Shown here in pieces: positions 41,054-50,947 of a DNA stretch of 64,000 nt. The notes under the pieces were generated by a model that saw only the letters and a program-made list of their open reading frames with translations, was not told where the DNA came from and searched no databases. The stretch is from contig CAXMWX010000005.1 of NCBI GenBank assembly GCA_963422205.2, positions 512,001 to 576,000 of the forward strand, read 5' to 3'. Source of the stretch: Gammaproteobacteria bacterium (lineage in GTDB: Bacteria; Pseudomonadota; Gammaproteobacteria; Eutrophobiales; Eutrophobiaceae). Both the position numbers and the translations under genes were made by a program. The stretch's first letter is position 1, and each line of letters begins with the position of its first letter.

Positions 41054-42283
41054 TCATGGCATGAGCGCCTTCATGGGGATTGACTCATCGGCCAGTTTAT
41101 CGGCCGCCATGCTGGCACCCTGCATGATCAGTGTCTTGGAAAACATGAACTCCGGCGGCTTGTTCACGGCATCAACGGCAATGATCCTGCCCTGGCGCAA
41201 ATAAAATGCGGCAAAGCGGCGGCTGTTGGTTATATCGCCGCGGATAACCACCTGATCGTAGCCTTGCGATAAACCGGCAATCTGCAATTTCAGATCGTAT
41301 TGATCCGACCAGAACCAGGGCAGGGCATGGTAATCCTCGGGCTTGCCACAGATAGCCAGGGCCGCAATATGCGCCTGCTCAGCGGCATTTTGCACCGATT
41401 CCAAACGCAACCAGCGATCATACACCGGATTGTAGTGACAGGTGCAATCGCCCGCCGCATAGATAGACGGATCGGATGTCTGTGCCTGGCTGTTCACCTT
41501 GATGCCGTTCTCCACCGCCAGACCGGCCGCCTCGGCCAGTTCGGTATTCGGCACGATGCCCACGCCGATGACAACCAAATCCGCCGCCAGAGTCGTGCCG
41601 TCATCACAGATCACCTGCGCCACTTTATCAGTACCCGGAGAAGCGTGAAAAGCGCTGACCGCGGTATTACAACGGATGTCCACCCCCTCTTCACGATGAA
41701 TGCGGGTGTAAAACGCCGACACCTCCGGGGCGGTCACGCGTTGCAGCACCCGCGCCTGCATCTCCAGCACCCTCACCTGCATACCCAGCCGGTTAAGCAC
41801 TGCGGCGCTCTCAAGACCAATATAACCCCCGCCCACGATCACGGCATGACCGCCCGGCTGGATGTGTTGCCGTATCTGCTCGGCATCGGCCAGATCCCGC
41901 AGATAGCAAACGCCAGCCAGGGTCGCACCGGGCAGATCGACCGTCCTGACCCTGGCACCGACAGTCAGCACCAGCCGGGTATAGGCCAGTTGCTCGCCAT
42001 CCATGCACGTGATCGTTTTGGCCGCCGGGTGAATTGCCGTGATGCGTTTATTCAGCACAAAGTCGATCTCCGCCTGTTCATAAACCGAAGCAGGCCGCAG
42101 ATAGATATCAGCCAACGATTTTTCACCGGCAAGAAAATCCTTGGATAACGGCGGGCGCTGATAGGGAATCACCGGCTCCTCAGTGACAACAGTAATCGCC
42201 CCAGCCCAGCCCTGCTGCCTTAGCATCGGCGCCAGCATGGCGGCCGCATGTCCGGAGCCGATAATGAGACAGTTATCTGTCAT
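41054..42283 (-). CDS. FAD-dependent ferredoxin reductase (putidaredoxin-reductase-like)
   Basis: IIGSGHAA, PYQRPPLSK, VGGGYIGLE, TSDPSIYAAGDC, PWFWSDQYDLKLQIAG. Confidence 0.9.
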   Translation of the reverse strand: MTDNCLIIGSGHAAAMLAPMLRQQGWAGAITVVTEEPVIPYQRPPLSKDFLAGEKSLADIYLRPASVYEQAEIDFVLNKRITAIHPAAKTITCMDGEQLAYTRLVLTVGARVRTVDLPGATLAGVCYLRDLADAEQIRQHIQPGGHAVIVGGGYIGLESAAVLNRLGMQVRVLEMQARVLQRVTAPEVSAFYTRIHREEGVDIRCNTAVSAFHASPGTDKVAQVICDDGTTLAADLVVIGVGIVPNTELAEAAGLAVENGIKVNSQAQTSDPSIYAAGDCTCHYNPVYDRWLRLESVQNAAEQAHIAALAICGKPEDYHALPWFWSDQYDLKLQIAGLSQGYDQVVIRGDITNSRRFAAFYLRQGRIIAVDAVNKPPEFMFSKTLIMQGASMAADKLADESIPMKALMP

Positions 42284-43568
42284 GGCAATGCCCACCTGTC
42301 GCTTGAATGACGGCATAGATGGCAGCCGTTAATTGGTTAAGCTCAGCGCTGCTGACAATGTAAGGCGGCATCAGGTAGATTAATTTCCCGAATGGTCGCA
42401 CCCACACGCCCTGCTCAACAAACAGGGCAGGCACACGCTGCATATCCACTGCCCGGTCAAGCTCAACCACACCTATCGCCCCCAGCACCCGAACATCCTG
42501 CACCCCGGGCAGTTCTTTACATGCCTCAAGCCCGGCTTTGAGATCATCGGCAATCGCCGCAATGCGTTGCCGCCAGTCCTCTGCCAGTAACACATCAATA
42601 CTGGCCTGGGCGACAGCACAGGCCAGGGGGTTGGCCATGAAAGTCGGCCCGTGCATGAACACGCCGGCCCCCCGGCATGATATCGTCTCTGCCACCTGGC
42701 GGCTCGTCAGGGTGGCCGCCAGGCTCATATAACCGCCCGTCAGGGCCTTGCCCAAACAGAGAATATCCGGCTCAATGGCCGCATGTTCACAGGCGAACAG
42801 CGTGCCAGTACGACCAAAACCGGTGGCAATCTCATCACACACAAGCAACACCTGATAGGTATCGCAAAGCTGTCTTGCCCGCTTGAGATACTGCGGCGAA
42901 TAAAACCACATGCCGCCCGCCCCCTGCACCACCGGCTCCAGAATAAGGGCGGCGATTCGCTCATGATGTTCGGCCAGCAGGCTCTCCAATGAAGCAATGT
43001 CATCCTCATGCCAGGGATCAGCAAAACGACACCGAGGCTGCTCAGCAAAATAATGCCGGGGCAAGACCTGTCGAAACAAGCCGTGCATCCCCGTGACCGG
43101 ATCACACACGGCCATGGCGCCGAAGGTATCGCCATGATAGCCTTGCTTTATCGTCAACAGCTTTTGTTTCTCGGCCATGCCCTGTGCCGCCCAGAACTGA
43201 ATCGCCATCTTGATGGCCACCTCTACAGCGACTGAGCCAGAGTCGGCAAAAAACACGGTCTGCAACGATGCCGGGGTCAGCCTGACCAACTGCTCGGCCA
43301 GGGCCACGGCTGGCTCGTGCGTCAAGCCGCCAAACATCACATGCGCCATCGTATCGAGTTGCGCTGTTATGGCGGCATTTAGCTCTGGATGATTATAGCC
43401 ATGAATCGCACACCACCAGGAGGCCATCCCATCGACAAGCTGCCTGCCATCCTCCAATTCAATCCTGGCACCGGCGGCGGAGCGTACCGAAAACAACGGT
43501 GAGGCCTCCGTCATGGCGGCATAGGGATGCCAGAGGTGGGCACGATCACGGGAGACTAATGCGCTCAT
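42273..43568 (-). CDS. bioA: Adenosylmethionine-8-amino-7-oxononanoate transaminase
   Basis: HLWHPY, DGMASWWCAIHGY, DSGSVAVEVA, DEIATGFGRTG, LGKALTGG, HGPTFMANPLA. Confidence 0.96.
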   Translation of the reverse strand: MSALVSRDRAHLWHPYAAMTEASPLFSVRSAAGARIELEDGRQLVDGMASWWCAIHGYNHPELNAAITAQLDTMAHVMFGGLTHEPAVALAEQLVRLTPASLQTVFFADSGSVAVEVAIKMAIQFWAAQGMAEKQKLLTIKQGYHGDTFGAMAVCDPVTGMHGLFRQVLPRHYFAEQPRCRFADPWHEDDIASLESLLAEHHERIAALILEPVVQGAGGMWFYSPQYLKRARQLCDTYQVLLVCDEIATGFGRTGTLFACEHAAIEPDILCLGKALTGGYMSLAATLTSRQVAETISCRGAGVFMHGPTFMANPLACAVAQASIDVLLAEDWRQRIAAIADDLKAGLEACKELPGVQDVRVLGAIGVVELDRAVDMQRVPALFVEQGVWVRPFGKLIYLMPPYIVSSAELNQLTAAIYAVIQATGGHCHDR

Positions 43569-43694
43569 CAGCTATGGTATGACCGCCTCACCACGGTCAC
43601 GTAACCCCTGCACTGGCGCACCTTAACCGGCGGGGGTTCGGTTTGTTTGCCTGAGTGTTTTCTTTCATGCAGATAGTGTACTTTAGTCAGCCCT

Positions 43695-44621
43695 ATGCAA
43701 ACAAACCCGTACATTATAGAGGCGACAGATTTAAGAAAAGCCTTTAATGGTGAATGCGTTGTCAACGGCATTGAGCTGGCCATCCCCTACGGCGGTTGTT
43801 TCGGTCTGCTCGGCCCTAACGGGGCGGGCAAGACGACAACCTTGAAGATGATCCTGGGACACTCACCCGTCACCTCCGGCCGCCTGACCGTGCTGGGTAT
43901 GCCGATAGCCGGCGATATCAGCCGCATCCGCCAGCGGATCGGCGTGGTGCCACAAACAGACAACTTGGATGTTGATTTTACTGTCAAGGAAAACCTGCAA
44001 GTCTACGCCAGCTATTTTGGTATCAGCAAACAGACGATCGATGAGCGCATAGCGAGGTTGTTGCCGTTTGTCGAATTGAGCGAGAAGGCCGATACCCGCA
44101 TTAACCAGCTCTCTGGTGGTATGCAGCGCCGCCTGAGCATTGCCCGCGCCCTGATCAATGAACCGGCATTGCTGATCCTCGATGAGCCAACCACCGGTCT
44201 TGATCCACAGGTACGGCATCTTATCTGGTCACGCTTGCGCGAACTCAAGCACACCGGCACCACCTTGTTACTGACCACCCATTACATGGAAGAGGCACAA
44301 AGGCTGTGTGATGATCTGGTGATCATGGATCACGGCACCATCCTCAGCCGGGGCAGCCCGCACACGCTCATCAAACACCATGTCGAGCCGGATGTGATAG
44401 AGATCCACGGTGCGGTTGAACAATTACCCGCCGCCAGCCGGCTGACCGGCCTTGATGTGAGAGTCGAGCGCATCGGGGAGACCGTCTATTACTTCACGAG
44501 TACGCCCGCACCGCTCATGCAGCAGCTGGAAGATGTCAGCGATATTGCCTGTCTGCATCGGCCAGCCAACCTGGAAGATGTGTTTCTGCGCCTGACCGGC
44601 AGAGAATTGCGGGAAGGCTGA
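43695..44621 (+). CDS. ABC exporter ATP-binding subunit, NodI-like
   Basis: GPNGAGKTT, LSGGMQRR, LDEPTTGLDPQ, TTHYMEEA, RPANLEDVFLRLTGR. Confidence 0.9.
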   Translation: MQTNPYIIEATDLRKAFNGECVVNGIELAIPYGGCFGLLGPNGAGKTTTLKMILGHSPVTSGRLTVLGMPIAGDISRIRQRIGVVPQTDNLDVDFTVKENLQVYASYFGISKQTIDERIARLLPFVELSEKADTRINQLSGGMQRRLSIARALINEPALLILDEPTTGLDPQVRHLIWSRLRELKHTGTTLLLTTHYMEEAQRLCDDLVIMDHGTILSRGSPHTLIKHHVEPDVIEIHGAVEQLPAASRLTGLDVRVERIGETVYYFTSTPAPLMQQLEDVSDIACLHRPANLEDVFLRLTGRELREG

Positions 44622-45397
44622 TGGACTGGCGCTGCCCGAAAATCAGGCCGAGGCTGTTGCTGGTCTGGCGCCGCAACCTGTTGGTATGGCGGCGGCTCAT
44701 TGTCCCCAGCTTATTATTAAACTTCGGCGAGCCGGTCCTATACCTGCTGGGGCTTGGCCTGGGGCTGGGGCGATTTGTCGGCGAGATGGCCGGGATGCCC
44801 TACCTGACCTTCCTCGCCACCGGCCTACTGGCCTCATCGGCCATGAACACAGCAACGTTTGAAGGCTTGTTTTCGGTCTATACCCGCATGGGGCCGCAGC
44901 GCACCTACGATGGGATACTGGCCACCCCGGTCGAGGTGGATGACATCATCGCCGGCGAGATGCTCTGGTGTGCAACCAAGGGCATGTTGAGCAGCACGGC
45001 TATCCTGGTGGTTGCTATCCTGGCCGGGGCAATTCATCACTGGCAAGCCTTTCTGTGTATCCCGCTGTTTTTGTTAATCGGCCTGTGCTTTGCCGGGCCG
45101 GCAATCGTGGTGGCCTCTTTCTCGCAATCCTATGATTACTTTAACTACTACATCACGCTGGTGTTGACCCCCATGTTTCTCTTTGGCGGCGTGTTCTATC
45201 CGGTGACCACCTTGCCACAGGCAGTACAGCCGTTGTTATCGCTGATCCCGCTGACCCATGCCATCGCCCTGGTGCGGCCCTTGTCCACCGGCGCCGAGGT
45301 CAAGGCGGTGGGATACCACCTCGGTGTCCTGGCCGTGGTTGCCCTCATCGGGTTTTATCTGGCGGTGGTGCTGGTAAGAAGGCGTCTTATCAAATAA
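44621..45397 (+). CDS. ABC-2 permease, NodJ-like
   Basis: VWRRNLLVWRR, EPVLYLLGLG, TPMFLFGGVFYP. Confidence 0.88.
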   Translation: MDWRCPKIRPRLLLVWRRNLLVWRRLIVPSLLLNFGEPVLYLLGLGLGLGRFVGEMAGMPYLTFLATGLLASSAMNTATFEGLFSVYTRMGPQRTYDGILATPVEVDDIIAGEMLWCATKGMLSSTAILVVAILAGAIHHWQAFLCIPLFLLIGLCFAGPAIVVASFSQSYDYFNYYITLVLTPMFLFGGVFYPVTTLPQAVQPLLSLIPLTHAIALVRPLSTGAEVKAVGYHLGVLAVVALIGFYLAVVLVRRRLIK

Positions 45398-45467
45398 GCC
45401 GCCCCTTGCCCGGATCCCCTGCCGCCAGCAATGCCCCATCACGGTCGCTCGCTGGTATAATAGCCGT

Positions 45468-46448
45468 ATGCGTTATATTGCATTGACAGCACCCGGCGAT
45501 GCCGAGGTCATGCAACTGGCCGAGCGTGATCTGCCCGCCCATGCCGCCGGTCAGGTGTTGATCAAGGTAAAAGCCGCCGGGGTCAATCGGCTGGATATCC
45601 TCCAGCGCCAGGGAAAGTATCCCCCACCGCCGGGCGCCTCGGATATCCTCGGGCTGGAAGTCGCTGGCGATATCGTGGCCATCGGCGATGATGTCACCAC
45701 CTTCAGGCCCGGCGATGCGGTCTGTGCGCTCATGACCGGCGGTGGGTATGCCGAGTATGCCAGCGCCGAAGCCAGCCTGTGTCTGCCCATCCCCGATGCG
45801 CTGTCTTACAGCGAGGCCGCCGCCCTGCCAGAGGCGCTGTTCACCATCTGGAGTAATGTCATCGACCGTGCTGGCCTTAAAGCGGGCGAGAGGTTTTTAG
45901 TGCATGGGGGCAGCAGCGGCATCGGCAGCATCGCCATTCAACTGGCAAAGGCACTGGGGGCTACTGTCTTCACGACCGCCGGCTCGGCCGAGAAATGCCG
46001 GGCCTGCATTGGGCTGGGGGCAGACTTGGCAATCAATTACCATGAGGACGATTTTGTCGAACAAATCAAACAGGCTACCCAGGGGGAGGGGGTGCATGTC
46101 ATTCTGGATATGGTGCTGGGCGATTACCTGCAGAAAAATATCCGGCTGGCCGCTGAGGAGGGGCGGCTGGTGATCATCGCTGGCCTTAAAGGCTATACCA
46201 CGAAAGTCAATCTATTGCCGGTCATGCAGAAGCGGCTGCTGATCACCGGCTCAACCCTTCGGGGGCGTGAAGTCGCATTCAAGGCGGCTATCGCCAGGAA
46301 AATACGGCAATACGTCTGGCCCTGGGTGGAATCCGGCCAAATAAGACCGGTGATCTATCAGGAATTTGCACTGGCCGAGGCGGCGGCGGCACATCACCTG
46401 ATGCAGAGCAGCCAGCACATCGGCAAGATCATCTTGAACACCGCATAA
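45468..46448 (+). CDS. NAD(P)H-quinone oxidoreductase, PIG3 family
   Basis: AAGVNR.D..QRQG.YPPPPGASDILGLE, HGGSSGIG, GSTLR, HIGKI. Confidence 0.92.
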   Translation: MRYIALTAPGDAEVMQLAERDLPAHAAGQVLIKVKAAGVNRLDILQRQGKYPPPPGASDILGLEVAGDIVAIGDDVTTFRPGDAVCALMTGGGYAEYASAEASLCLPIPDALSYSEAAALPEALFTIWSNVIDRAGLKAGERFLVHGGSSGIGSIAIQLAKALGATVFTTAGSAEKCRACIGLGADLAINYHEDDFVEQIKQATQGEGVHVILDMVLGDYLQKNIRLAAEEGRLVIIAGLKGYTTKVNLLPVMQKRLLITGSTLRGREVAFKAAIARKIRQYVWPWVESGQIRPVIYQEFALAEAAAAHHLMQSSQHIGKIILNTA

Positions 46449-46538
46449 ATCACCCAGAAATATTTTCCACATCCGGCCGAGTTCTTTATAATCTGCGCTT
46501 TCCTTAAAAATCAGCACACACGCACATAGAGGACGTTC

Positions 46539-46859
46539 ATGCCCAAAATACAATTCATCGCCTTTGATGGCGCCTTAACGGAAGTCGATGCCGCCGATGG
46601 CATATCGCTGATGCAGGCCGCCGTGAATAACGGCATCTCCGCCGTTGTGGCTGAATGTGGCGGTGCCTGTAGCTGTGCAACTTGCCATGTGCATGTGGCC
46701 GAGGACTGGTTTGACAAACTGCCGCCCGCCGAGGACATGGAAAAGGACATGCTGGATTTTGTCACCAGCCCGAAACCCACCAGCCGCCTGAGCTGCCAGA
46801 TCAAACTGACCCCCGAACTGGACGGCCTGGTGGTCAATACGCCGGAATCACAATACTAG
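46539..46859 (+). CDS. 2Fe-2S ferredoxin (adrenodoxin/putidaredoxin type)
   Basis: ECGGACSCATCHV...SRLSCQI. Confidence 0.93.
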   Translation: MPKIQFIAFDGALTEVDAADGISLMQAAVNNGISAVVAECGGACSCATCHVHVAEDWFDKLPPAEDMEKDMLDFVTSPKPTSRLSCQIKLTPELDGLVVNTPESQY

Positions 46860-46928
46860 ACACCCCTGCCCTGGCATGACTGCCGGTTCATGCCGTCAGT
46901 TAAGGATCCCTCATGCGATGATAAGCCG

Positions 46929-48140
46929 CTAACCTTGGCGCTCAATCACGATCGCAATCCCCTGACCCACCCCGATACACATGCTGATAAGACCATAGCG
47001 ACCACCGCTTCTCTCCAGTTGCCGCAGCGTGGTCAACACCAGGCGGGCACCCGATGCCCCCAGAGGATGCCCGATAGCAATCGCCCCGCCATTCGGGTTG
47101 ACCCGTTCATCCTTAAAATCAATCTGCAATAACTGCAAACAGCCCAGCACCTGTGTGGCGAAGGCTTCGTTGATTTCGATCACATCCATATCAGCCAAAC
47201 TCAGGCCAGCACGTTGCAGCACCTTCTGGCAGGCGGGTACCGGGCCAAGCCCCATCACCCTCGGCGGCACGCCGGCAATCGCACCAGATACGATCGCCGC
47301 ACGGGCGGACAAACCCAGCTTATCGCCCATCGCCTGACTGCCGACCAGCAAGCCTGCCGCCCCATCATTAATGCCGGAGGCATTGCCAGCCGTCACCACA
47401 CCGCCGGCGAGTAGAGTCGGCAGCTTACCCAGTCTCTCCAGGCGGGTATCCGGGCGCGGATGCTCATCCTCTTTGACCACCACCGGCGGGTCGGTGCGCC
47501 GCCGGGCGGGTACTGCTACCGGCAGGAGTTCTGCAACAAAAAAATCATCGGCCCTGGCCGCGGCGTATTTTTGTTGCGACTGAAAGGCAAACGCATCGCT
47601 GTCTGTACGGCTGATATGATGCTCAGCGGCGATGTTGTCAGCCGTCTGTGGCATGGTGTCATCGCCATATGACTGCGTCAGTTTGCTGTTGGGAAAACGC
47701 GCACCAATGGTGGTATCACAGAGTTGTTGCGAACGCCCATAAGCACTGTCGGCCTTGCTCATCACCCACGGCGCCCGGCTCATGCTCTCCACACCGCCGG
47801 CGATGAATAATTCGCCTTCACCGGTGCGTATCGCCCGCCCGGCATCCAGCACCGCCGCCGCACCGCTGCCACACAAGCGGTTGACCGTGATCCCGCCGAC
47901 CGCCGTATCGAAGCCCGCCAGCAAGCCGGCACTGCGGGCAATATTTCGCCCGTCCTCGCCCGCCTGGATACTGCAACCGGCGATCACATCTTCAATGAGG
48001 CTGCTGTCAAGATGATTGCGCTCAACCAGGGCACGTAATACGGCGGCCAGTAAATCATCCGCACGTACTGCCGCCAGGGCCCCGGCATGTCGACCAAAGG
48101 GCGTGCGGATCCCATCGTAAATCATGGCGTGTTTCATCAT
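46929..48140 (-). CDS. Acetyl-CoA C-acyltransferase (PcaF/PaaJ-like thiolase)
   Basis: RTPFGR, NRLCGSG, GGVESMSRAP, NEAFA, GHPLGASG, MCIGVGQG. Confidence 0.92.
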   Translation of the reverse strand: MMKHAMIYDGIRTPFGRHAGALAAVRADDLLAAVLRALVERNHLDSSLIEDVIAGCSIQAGEDGRNIARSAGLLAGFDTAVGGITVNRLCGSGAAAVLDAGRAIRTGEGELFIAGGVESMSRAPWVMSKADSAYGRSQQLCDTTIGARFPNSKLTQSYGDDTMPQTADNIAAEHHISRTDSDAFAFQSQQKYAAARADDFFVAELLPVAVPARRRTDPPVVVKEDEHPRPDTRLERLGKLPTLLAGGVVTAGNASGINDGAAGLLVGSQAMGDKLGLSARAAIVSGAIAGVPPRVMGLGPVPACQKVLQRAGLSLADMDVIEINEAFATQVLGCLQLLQIDFKDERVNPNGGAIAIGHPLGASGARLVLTTLRQLERSGGRYGLISMCIGVGQGIAIVIERQG

Positions 48141-48301
48141 GTTTTCCTGTGAAGCCAGGGGCAGCTGATAACGTGAATATCAAGACATGCTCGCAGCACG
48201 ATTATGCGCCTTGCCAGAGGGCGTGTAAATACTCAAACCTGCACTGCCATGCCAGCCGTGCTGGGCGCGATAGGCTCTCAGGACGTTGTGATACTGCGGG
48301 G

Positions 48302-48430
48302 TTAAGGTGCATAAATTTCAGCTTGTAATTGCTGAAACCTGCCCAGTTGCTGATCGGTATTGCCAAATAAGGCAGTCATCATCAACACGCGCTTATGATA
48401 CTGACCTACGGCCAGTTCTTCGCTCAGATA
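48302..48430 (-). pseudogene. C-terminal remnant of an acyl-CoA dehydrogenase
   Basis: LSEELAVGQYHKRVLMMTALFGNTDQQLGRF resembles the ACAD C-terminal helix (T.E..VG.Y.KR......FG..D.HL.RF); no matching upstream body. Confidence 0.5.
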
Positions 48431-48553
48431 GGGGCAATTATCATGAATCCCGGCAGTGAACAATGGAACACCACGTTCTACCAACATCTGAACGGATAGT
48501 CGCCGCCGCGCGCACGGCATTGGCCGGATAATGGGATCAGGGCAACGAAAGCA

Positions 48554-48793
48554 ATGAGTGATGTCACTATCCCGGGGGAGGTGTGGGAAGACGATCTGGA
48601 GGGTATTATTGTATCCTGGTTATACCGGGATGGTGCCGCCATTGAACAGGGCAAGCCGATTTTTGAAGTCATGGTAGAAAAAGTGCAAATGGATTTAGAG
48701 GCGCCAGCCTCAGGCATTTTACACATAAAAGCACAGGCAGAAACCATTGTTAAGAAGGGTATGCTCACTGCACAGATACATCCGGCCGGATAA
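48554..48793 (+). CDS. Stand-alone biotin/lipoyl attachment domain protein
   Basis: EGIIVSWLYRDGAAIEQGKPIFEVMVEKVQMDLEAPASGIL. Confidence 0.85.
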   Translation: MSDVTIPGEVWEDDLEGIIVSWLYRDGAAIEQGKPIFEVMVEKVQMDLEAPASGILHIKAQAETIVKKGMLTAQIHPAG

Positions 48794-48979
48794 GAGAAGC
48801 CGGATTAAGAATCTGTCTCTCTGTCACGGACGGGTGTGATACTCTGTGTCGTGTGGGCTGAAGCGGCCAGGGGCGGATGCTTAACGCGTTGATACCGTAT
48901 ACCCTGATGCGGTATATATTGACACCATATATACTGTAACTGCCCACCGGCGTATCACAGAAGAAACGCGACAGACACG

Positions 48980-50854
48980 ATGAGAATAACCCGACGTGAT
49001 TTTATCAATGGCGTGCTGATGGGCTCCGGTGCCGTACTGGTAGCGGCGAGGACGAGCAAGGCCAGACAGCCCATGCCACACACAGAGGTGGGCGAGGCCT
49101 GGTATGGCGAGGGTGGCGTGGGGGATTATGCGCCCTCACACGGCAATACGCCAGAGGGGGTGAACACCGCACACCGCTTGCGTGATGGCCGCTTCGCCAG
49201 TTTTCCGAATACCCTGCCTGTCGATGAACATTACGATGTGGTCATTGTCGGTGGTGGTATGGCCGGTCTGGGGGCTGCCTGGCATTTTAAGAAACATGCC
49301 CGCCCCGATCAGCGCTGCCTGCTGCTTGATAACCATCCCTTATTTGGTGGTGAAGCGAAGGAAAACGAGTTTCACGTTGATGGCGAAACGCTGCTTGCAC
49401 CCCAGGGGGCAAACGGTTTTTTTGTGCCTGCCTTCGCAGACGACCCCGAATCCGTCACGGGTGATGCGCGTTATTATGCCGAGTTCGCCATCCCCAGAGA
49501 ATTGCCCTACGGTGACTGGGCCAAGGGCATCACGCCGTTAAATATCTGCCGTGACAATTATGGTTATCTGCACTGGTTACTTGAGCATAACACCGATGTG
49601 GGGTATTTCTTTGGTACGCCTAACGGTGGCCAGTGGGTTAAGAATATCTGGCAAAATCAGTTAGAAGACACGCCCTGGAGCAGACAACAACGCCAGAGCA
49701 TGCTGGCCTGGCGCAACAGCCGCAATGACACCCTGGCGGATGGTCGCCGTGATCCCTGGCTTGACAGCATGTCTTACCAGACTTACCTGCAACACGAGAA
49801 GGGCCTTGGGCCGGAGGCCGCCGCGGCGGCGGATGTGTTTCTTGCCGCCGCCTTCGGGCTTGGCAGTGATGCGGTGTCGGCCTGGGTAGCAAAAGATGTC
49901 GCCATGCCGGGGATGCTCTCGCAAGCACAATTTCAGCAGACAATGCCGCGCCGACAAGCCTTCCCTGGCGGTAATTCCGGCTTTGCCCGTTATTTTCTCA
50001 AACACATCATGCCCGCGGCCATTGCCGGCGGGAAGCACTTTGATGACATCATGACTGGCCGGATTAATTTTGCTGCCCTGGATCAGGCTGGCAGCCCGAT
50101 ACGGATTCGTTTGCGATCAACTGCCGTGAGTGTGCAACATGCAGCAGGCAAACACGGCCCCGTGCAGGTTGTCTATATGCACGGCGGCAAGCCCCATGTT
50201 GTCCGAACGAAAGGCGTTGTCATGGCCTCCGGTGGCTGGATGAACCGCCATGTCGTCAGCGATCTGCCGGATGATTTCATGCACGCCTACCTGCAATTTA
50301 ACCATGCTCCTTTTCTGGTGGCGAATGTTGGCTTGAGCAACTGGCGTTTTCTGTATGAGCTGGGTGTCACGGCGTGTCGCTGGCTGGATGGTTTTGCCTA
50401 TACCTGTAATGTACGTCAACCCATGTATGTTGGCAGACACAAGCCCGTGCTGCACCCGGACAAGCCCATCGTGTTGACTTTTTACATTCCTTTCTATACC
50501 CCCGGATTGCCGGTCAAGGCGCAAACAGTCAAGGGGCGAAGTGAGCTACTGCACACCACTTATGCCGATTATGAGCGACAGATCATCGCCCAGATGACCA
50601 CTCTGTTCGCTGCCACTGGCTTTGATGCAGAACGAGACATTCGAGGCATCATCCTCAATCGCTGGGGGCATGCCTATGTCGTGCCCGAGCCGGGCTTTTT
50701 TTATGACACCAACCAACGCACAGCACCACGTAACATCATCAAACAGGGATATGGGCGTATCGCCTTCGGCCATTCAGAGCTGCAAGGCTTCCAGCACTGG
50801 GGGCCGGCAGCGGATGAGGGCCGACGGGCGATGGAGCAAGTATTGTTTTCATGA
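48980..50854 (+). CDS. Tat-exported FAD-dependent oxidoreductase, spermidine dehydrogenase SpdH-like
   Basis: ITRRDFING Tat motif; YDVVIVGGGMAGL, LDNHPLFGGEAKENEF, FPGGNSGFAR, NRWGHAY, GRIAFGHS. Confidence 0.78.
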   Translation: MRITRRDFINGVLMGSGAVLVAARTSKARQPMPHTEVGEAWYGEGGVGDYAPSHGNTPEGVNTAHRLRDGRFASFPNTLPVDEHYDVVIVGGGMAGLGAAWHFKKHARPDQRCLLLDNHPLFGGEAKENEFHVDGETLLAPQGANGFFVPAFADDPESVTGDARYYAEFAIPRELPYGDWAKGITPLNICRDNYGYLHWLLEHNTDVGYFFGTPNGGQWVKNIWQNQLEDTPWSRQQRQSMLAWRNSRNDTLADGRRDPWLDSMSYQTYLQHEKGLGPEAAAAADVFLAAAFGLGSDAVSAWVAKDVAMPGMLSQAQFQQTMPRRQAFPGGNSGFARYFLKHIMPAAIAGGKHFDDIMTGRINFAALDQAGSPIRIRLRSTAVSVQHAAGKHGPVQVVYMHGGKPHVVRTKGVVMASGGWMNRHVVSDLPDDFMHAYLQFNHAPFLVANVGLSNWRFLYELGVTACRWLDGFAYTCNVRQPMYVGRHKPVLHPDKPIVLTFYIPFYTPGLPVKAQTVKGRSELLHTTYADYERQIIAQMTTLFAATGFDAERDIRGIILNRWGHAYVVPEPGFFYDTNQRTAPRNIIKQGYGRIAFGHSELQGFQHWGPAADEGRRAMEQVLFS

Positions 50855-50947
50855 CGGCGGCCGCTTGCTCACACGCCCGCCTGCCCGAAGCTAACCCCTG
50901 GCAGCGATGCGATACAAGGCGGCTTGATTATCGCCGATTGATGACTT

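Noticed and set aside
43695-45397. Nod-factor export / nodulation
   Set aside because: NodI/NodJ-like exporters are widespread, and no nodABC genes are present.
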